Below are positions 61,167 to 64,000 of a stretch of DNA of 64,000 nt, piece after piece (within the stretch, counting starts at the first letter, position 1; each line of letters starts with the position of its first letter). This stretch comes from Candidatus Sericytochromatia bacterium. GTDB taxonomy: Bacteria > Cyanobacteriota > Sericytochromatia > S15B-MN24 > JAQBPE01. The notes beneath the pieces were generated by a model. It saw only the letters and a list, made by a program, of their open reading frames with translations, had not been told where the DNA came from and ran no database searches. The stretch covers positions 112,821 through 176,820 of the forward strand of contig JBBAPZ010000004.1 in the NCBI GenBank assembly GCA_040400605.1, read 5' to 3'. The translations under genes were made by a program, and so were the position numbers.

Positions 61167-63434
61167 TCACCCTTCGATCAGCACTTTGATCGGGCCACCG
61201 CTCTTGCTCATGACACGCGCGCTCGTCACGCCTGATGCTTGCACAAATTGAAGATCCAAGGTGCTGTCGCCCACTCGTAGACCGTTCAGGTTCAAGCGAT
61301 TCAGCCAATTTGGCAGTGTTGGCTTTTTGATGATCAACTGCCGCTTCGCGGCATCAGGACACAAACCCAAGATACTTTGCAACAGCAGAAAGCTCGCGCC
61401 TGACGCCCACGCTTGTGGTGCACAGGCGACTGGGTAGGGCACGGGCCGATCCAGTTCACCACTTCTTGGAAAGCCGCAGAACAGCTCGGGCAAGCGGTAA
61501 TAGGGGAACTGAAGGGCCGCTTGATACAGCGATTCCATGAGGCACAACGCCTCATAAACGTAACCGTGCTGGGAGAGGCCTTTTGCAATGAGACTGTTGT
61601 CGTGTGGCCAAACCGAGCCGTTGTGGTAAGACAAGGGGTTATAGGGGGGCATCGCTGCACTCATGGTCCGGATGCCCCAACCGCTGAACATATCGGGGCC
61701 CAGCAATTGTGCAACAAGGGTACGCACGCGCTCCGGCGCGATAATACCGCTCCACAGGCAGTGTCCCACGTTGGAGCCAAGGGTTTTGATGGGGCGTTTG
61801 TTACCATCGAGTGCCAAGGCGTAAAAGTTGTGATCTGGCAGCCAAAAGGTTTCATTAAAGGCTTGTTTGAGGGCCTCGGCTTCACGGAGCAGGCGATCGC
61901 CCATCACCCGCAGGTCCAATACGTCGCATAATTCGGCCATGCGCCGCTTGGCATCATAAACGTACCCTTGGACTTCAATCACGGCGACCGGTGGTCGCGC
62001 GATCGCAAAGTCGGGCCCGATATTGCTCTTGACTGAGTCTTTCCAGCAATGATTCAGCAAACCCAGTTTGGAACGCGTCGCATACTCCAAAAAACCATCG
62101 CCATCTTGATCCCCATAGGCATCAATCCACATGAGTGCCTGTTCAATGGCTTCCCACAGTTCTTTGACGAATGCCAGATCACCCGTCCATCGGTAGGTCT
62201 CGGAGACCAGGATCAAAAACAACGGTGTGGCATCGATGGTACCAAAGTAGGGTGAATGGGGCACCTCGCGCAGTTGTGCGAGTTCCCCGAAACGCACTTC
62301 ATGCAAAATTTTGCCGGGTTCTTCGTCCCGAAAATCATCGAGGTTTCGACCTTGCCTGTGTGCCAGGTAACGCAAGGTGCCCTTGGCCAGTTCAGGGCCG
62401 AGCAACAAACTTTGATAGGCGGTGATCAATGCATCTCGACCGAATGGACAGGCGTACCAAGGGATCCCTGCCATCACGTAGGGACCGGTATCCGGCAAAA
62501 CGGCCGTCAAGCAGTCCAGATCCGTCAGGCTGCGCTGCAAGACCAGGTTGTAAATTTCGTTGTCACTCACCAGGTGGGTATACGTCTCGCGCCGGCGCGT
62601 CTGGTCACATGAAAGGCGCTGGCTCAAGGATCGAAACAAAGGTCTGGAAGCCTCTTGCGCTGCCACCTCCTCATCCCCCTGCAACGTCAACACCCAGAAT
62701 TCAAGGGCTGCCTGCCCGCCTCCTGCACCCACGTGAAGGCGAAACACCACTTCCGCGCCGGTAAAACCTGCTCCTTCCGCAATAACCAGCGTTTCAGGAT
62801 TACGGTCAAACCCGATGCGTGTCTGTCGCAAGGCGCCGTCCAATCCCAGATAGCCCAAGACGACGCGCTGTGCGTCGAGAACGACGGGCTGAAACTCGCC
62901 CCGCTTGGGCCGTTGTCCGCCCCGGACTTCAAACATGTCCGCAAAGTCAGCCGTGAACGTCAGTTTCAGCGACAAACTCAGCGGAAAAGGGTTGTAATTA
63001 ACCAATACCAACCGCTCGCAGATACGTTCGGCAATCAAGCGACTGCATGATAAATGCAGGCTCTCCTGTGGAACCAAGGTACCGTCATCCAAAATCAAAT
63101 GCCCGTTCATGAATTCAACCTGAGACAGGTAGTTCTTCTCGGTGGATGACGACAACAGGGTCAAATTCGAATGTTCCAGTTGCATCAACCAACCATTCAA
63201 ATGGCGCGTATCTGACCGATACAGACCCGTGCCGCAATGACAATCGCGATACAGGCGACCGTCGAGATCCGATACCACAAACAACCAATCTTGCTTGATG
63301 ACCTGTCGACCGTGACGACAAGATTCCAATAACGCCGGCAAGCCGCCCTGCAAGAGCTTGTCCAGTCCGCCACCGGGGTCGTCCGCACGATGGCCCAAGC
63401 CGGCATCGTCAGAGCCTGTCGCGCCACTATCCAC
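61167..63434 (-). CDS. Glycogen debranching enzyme (amylo-alpha-1,6-glucosidase type)
   Basis: ADFADMFEVRG, AGIPW..FGRD, EPGKILHE, WKDS, YHNGSVWPHD and LPELF; GGGAGG RBS before GTG 63434. Confidence 0.9.
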   Translation of the reverse strand: MDSGATGSDDAGLGHRADDPGGGLDKLLQGGLPALLESCRHGRQVIKQDWLFVVSDLDGRLYRDCHCGTGLYRSDTRHLNGWLMQLEHSNLTLLSSSTEKNYLSQVEFMNGHLILDDGTLVPQESLHLSCSRLIAERICERLVLVNYNPFPLSLSLKLTFTADFADMFEVRGGQRPKRGEFQPVVLDAQRVVLGYLGLDGALRQTRIGFDRNPETLVIAEGAGFTGAEVVFRLHVGAGGGQAALEFWVLTLQGDEEVAAQEASRPLFRSLSQRLSCDQTRRRETYTHLVSDNEIYNLVLQRSLTDLDCLTAVLPDTGPYVMAGIPWYACPFGRDALITAYQSLLLGPELAKGTLRYLAHRQGRNLDDFRDEEPGKILHEVRFGELAQLREVPHSPYFGTIDATPLFLILVSETYRWTGDLAFVKELWEAIEQALMWIDAYGDQDGDGFLEYATRSKLGLLNHCWKDSVKSNIGPDFAIARPPVAVIEVQGYVYDAKRRMAELCDVLDLRVMGDRLLREAEALKQAFNETFWLPDHNFYALALDGNKRPIKTLGSNVGHCLWSGIIAPERVRTLVAQLLGPDMFSGWGIRTMSAAMPPYNPLSYHNGSVWPHDNSLIAKGLSQHGYVYEALCLMESLYQAALQFPYYRLPELFCGFPRSGELDRPVPYPVACAPQAWASGASFLLLQSILGLCPDAAKRQLIIKKPTLPNWLNRLNLNGLRVGDSTLDLQFVQASGVTSARVMSKSGGPIKVLIEG

Positions 63435-63571
63435 ACGCCAACCCTCCCGATCACCATCCGCATTTGCGCATCCTAATCGGGACTGCAATCATTTGACAAC
63501 ACTGGCTTTTATGCTCAGACACGCTCGAAGGCACCAAGTCCGCTTGACCGCCCCTTGGTTTCAAACCGCCA

Positions 63572-63673
63572 TCCGGTGACACATCGGCTCTATTCAAAAA
63601 TTGTGTGGCAAACTCAAAACATCAGGCCTAGACGTGTTGCCCTTCACCAACAGCCAAAACTTGATCACCAATC
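63572..63673 (+). repeat. Dispersed intergenic repeat, module A
   Basis: Aligns by eye with the copies at 24976, 39424 (inverted), 41012 and 46483. Confidence 0.8.
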
Positions 63674-63754
63674 AGCGCCTGCCAGCGTGGGTATACTGCA
63701 AACACCTTGCTCCGGTTGTTTGGGTGGTGGCTCGTCCCACAGTTGGTGCCCGTT

Positions 63755-64000
63755 TCAATCCGTGAGAAACGCTGTAAACACCTCGTTGGCAAGGGGCAAG
63801 CCCGCCGGGCTCAAGACCAGGTGTTCGCCACGCCATTCAAGCAAGCCGCGGTCGATGTAACGGGCAATGACGGAACCGTAGCGGGTTTGCAGTTCAATCC
63901 CGAAGCGCTGCGCAAAGCGGGAGGTGCTGACGCCTTCGCGTGTCATCCGCAGTCCCAAAAACATGACATCTTCCATTTCTTCATCCACGGACTGCGGCGC
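63755..64000 (-). CDS. hemW: HemW/HemN-like radical SAM protein, C-terminus (cut by window edge)
   Basis: MFLGLRM..GV..F..RFG and G..LANEV. Confidence 0.75.
   Translation of the reverse strand, partial: APQSVDEEMEDVMFLGLRMTREGVSTSRFAQRFGIELQTRYGSVIARYIDRGLLEWRGEHLVLSPAGLPLANEVFTAFLTD

Noticed and set aside
24976..63673. Repeats as a CRISPR array or REP elements
   Set aside because: They are dispersed, long and degenerate, with no regular spacers, no cas or tnpA genes and no short GC-rich palindromes.

Overview
Core-genome window from a moderately GC-rich bacterium (about 55% GC by eye). The Gly/Asn octapeptide lipoprotein, the GCGATCGC excess and the absence of photosynthesis genes suggest a non-photosynthetic cyanobacterial relative such as Sericytochromatia, but this is tentative. 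Contents in order: hemE-hemN-hemJ convergent with hemD; a 1251-aa Ser/Thr kinase-NTPase-TPR protein; ahpD/ahpC; a PAS histidine kinase; a DEAD-box helicase; clpP; iscA and an Rrf2 regulator divergent from sufBCDSU-nfu plus an FAD oxidoreductase; a rhomboid protease with several unknown ORFs; an aminotransferase, aldehyde dehydrogenase, M14 peptidase and thiolase; leuS; a run of orphan lipoproteins (one split by an in-frame stop); two orphan OmpR-type regulators (one a pseudo-receiver); a ribose-type ABC transporter; a KimA/KUP-like transporter with two RCK proteins; tandem NupC genes; DedA; an Mla/Mce system; a CHASE2 adenylate cyclase; an APC permease; a glycogen debranching enzyme; and the 3' end of hemW. 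I found no rRNA, tRNA, CRISPR array, transposase or prophage. The main unexplained signal is a set of degenerate, modular, non-coding repeats of about 100-135 bp (at least 10 segments, both orientations) in the larger intergenic gaps.
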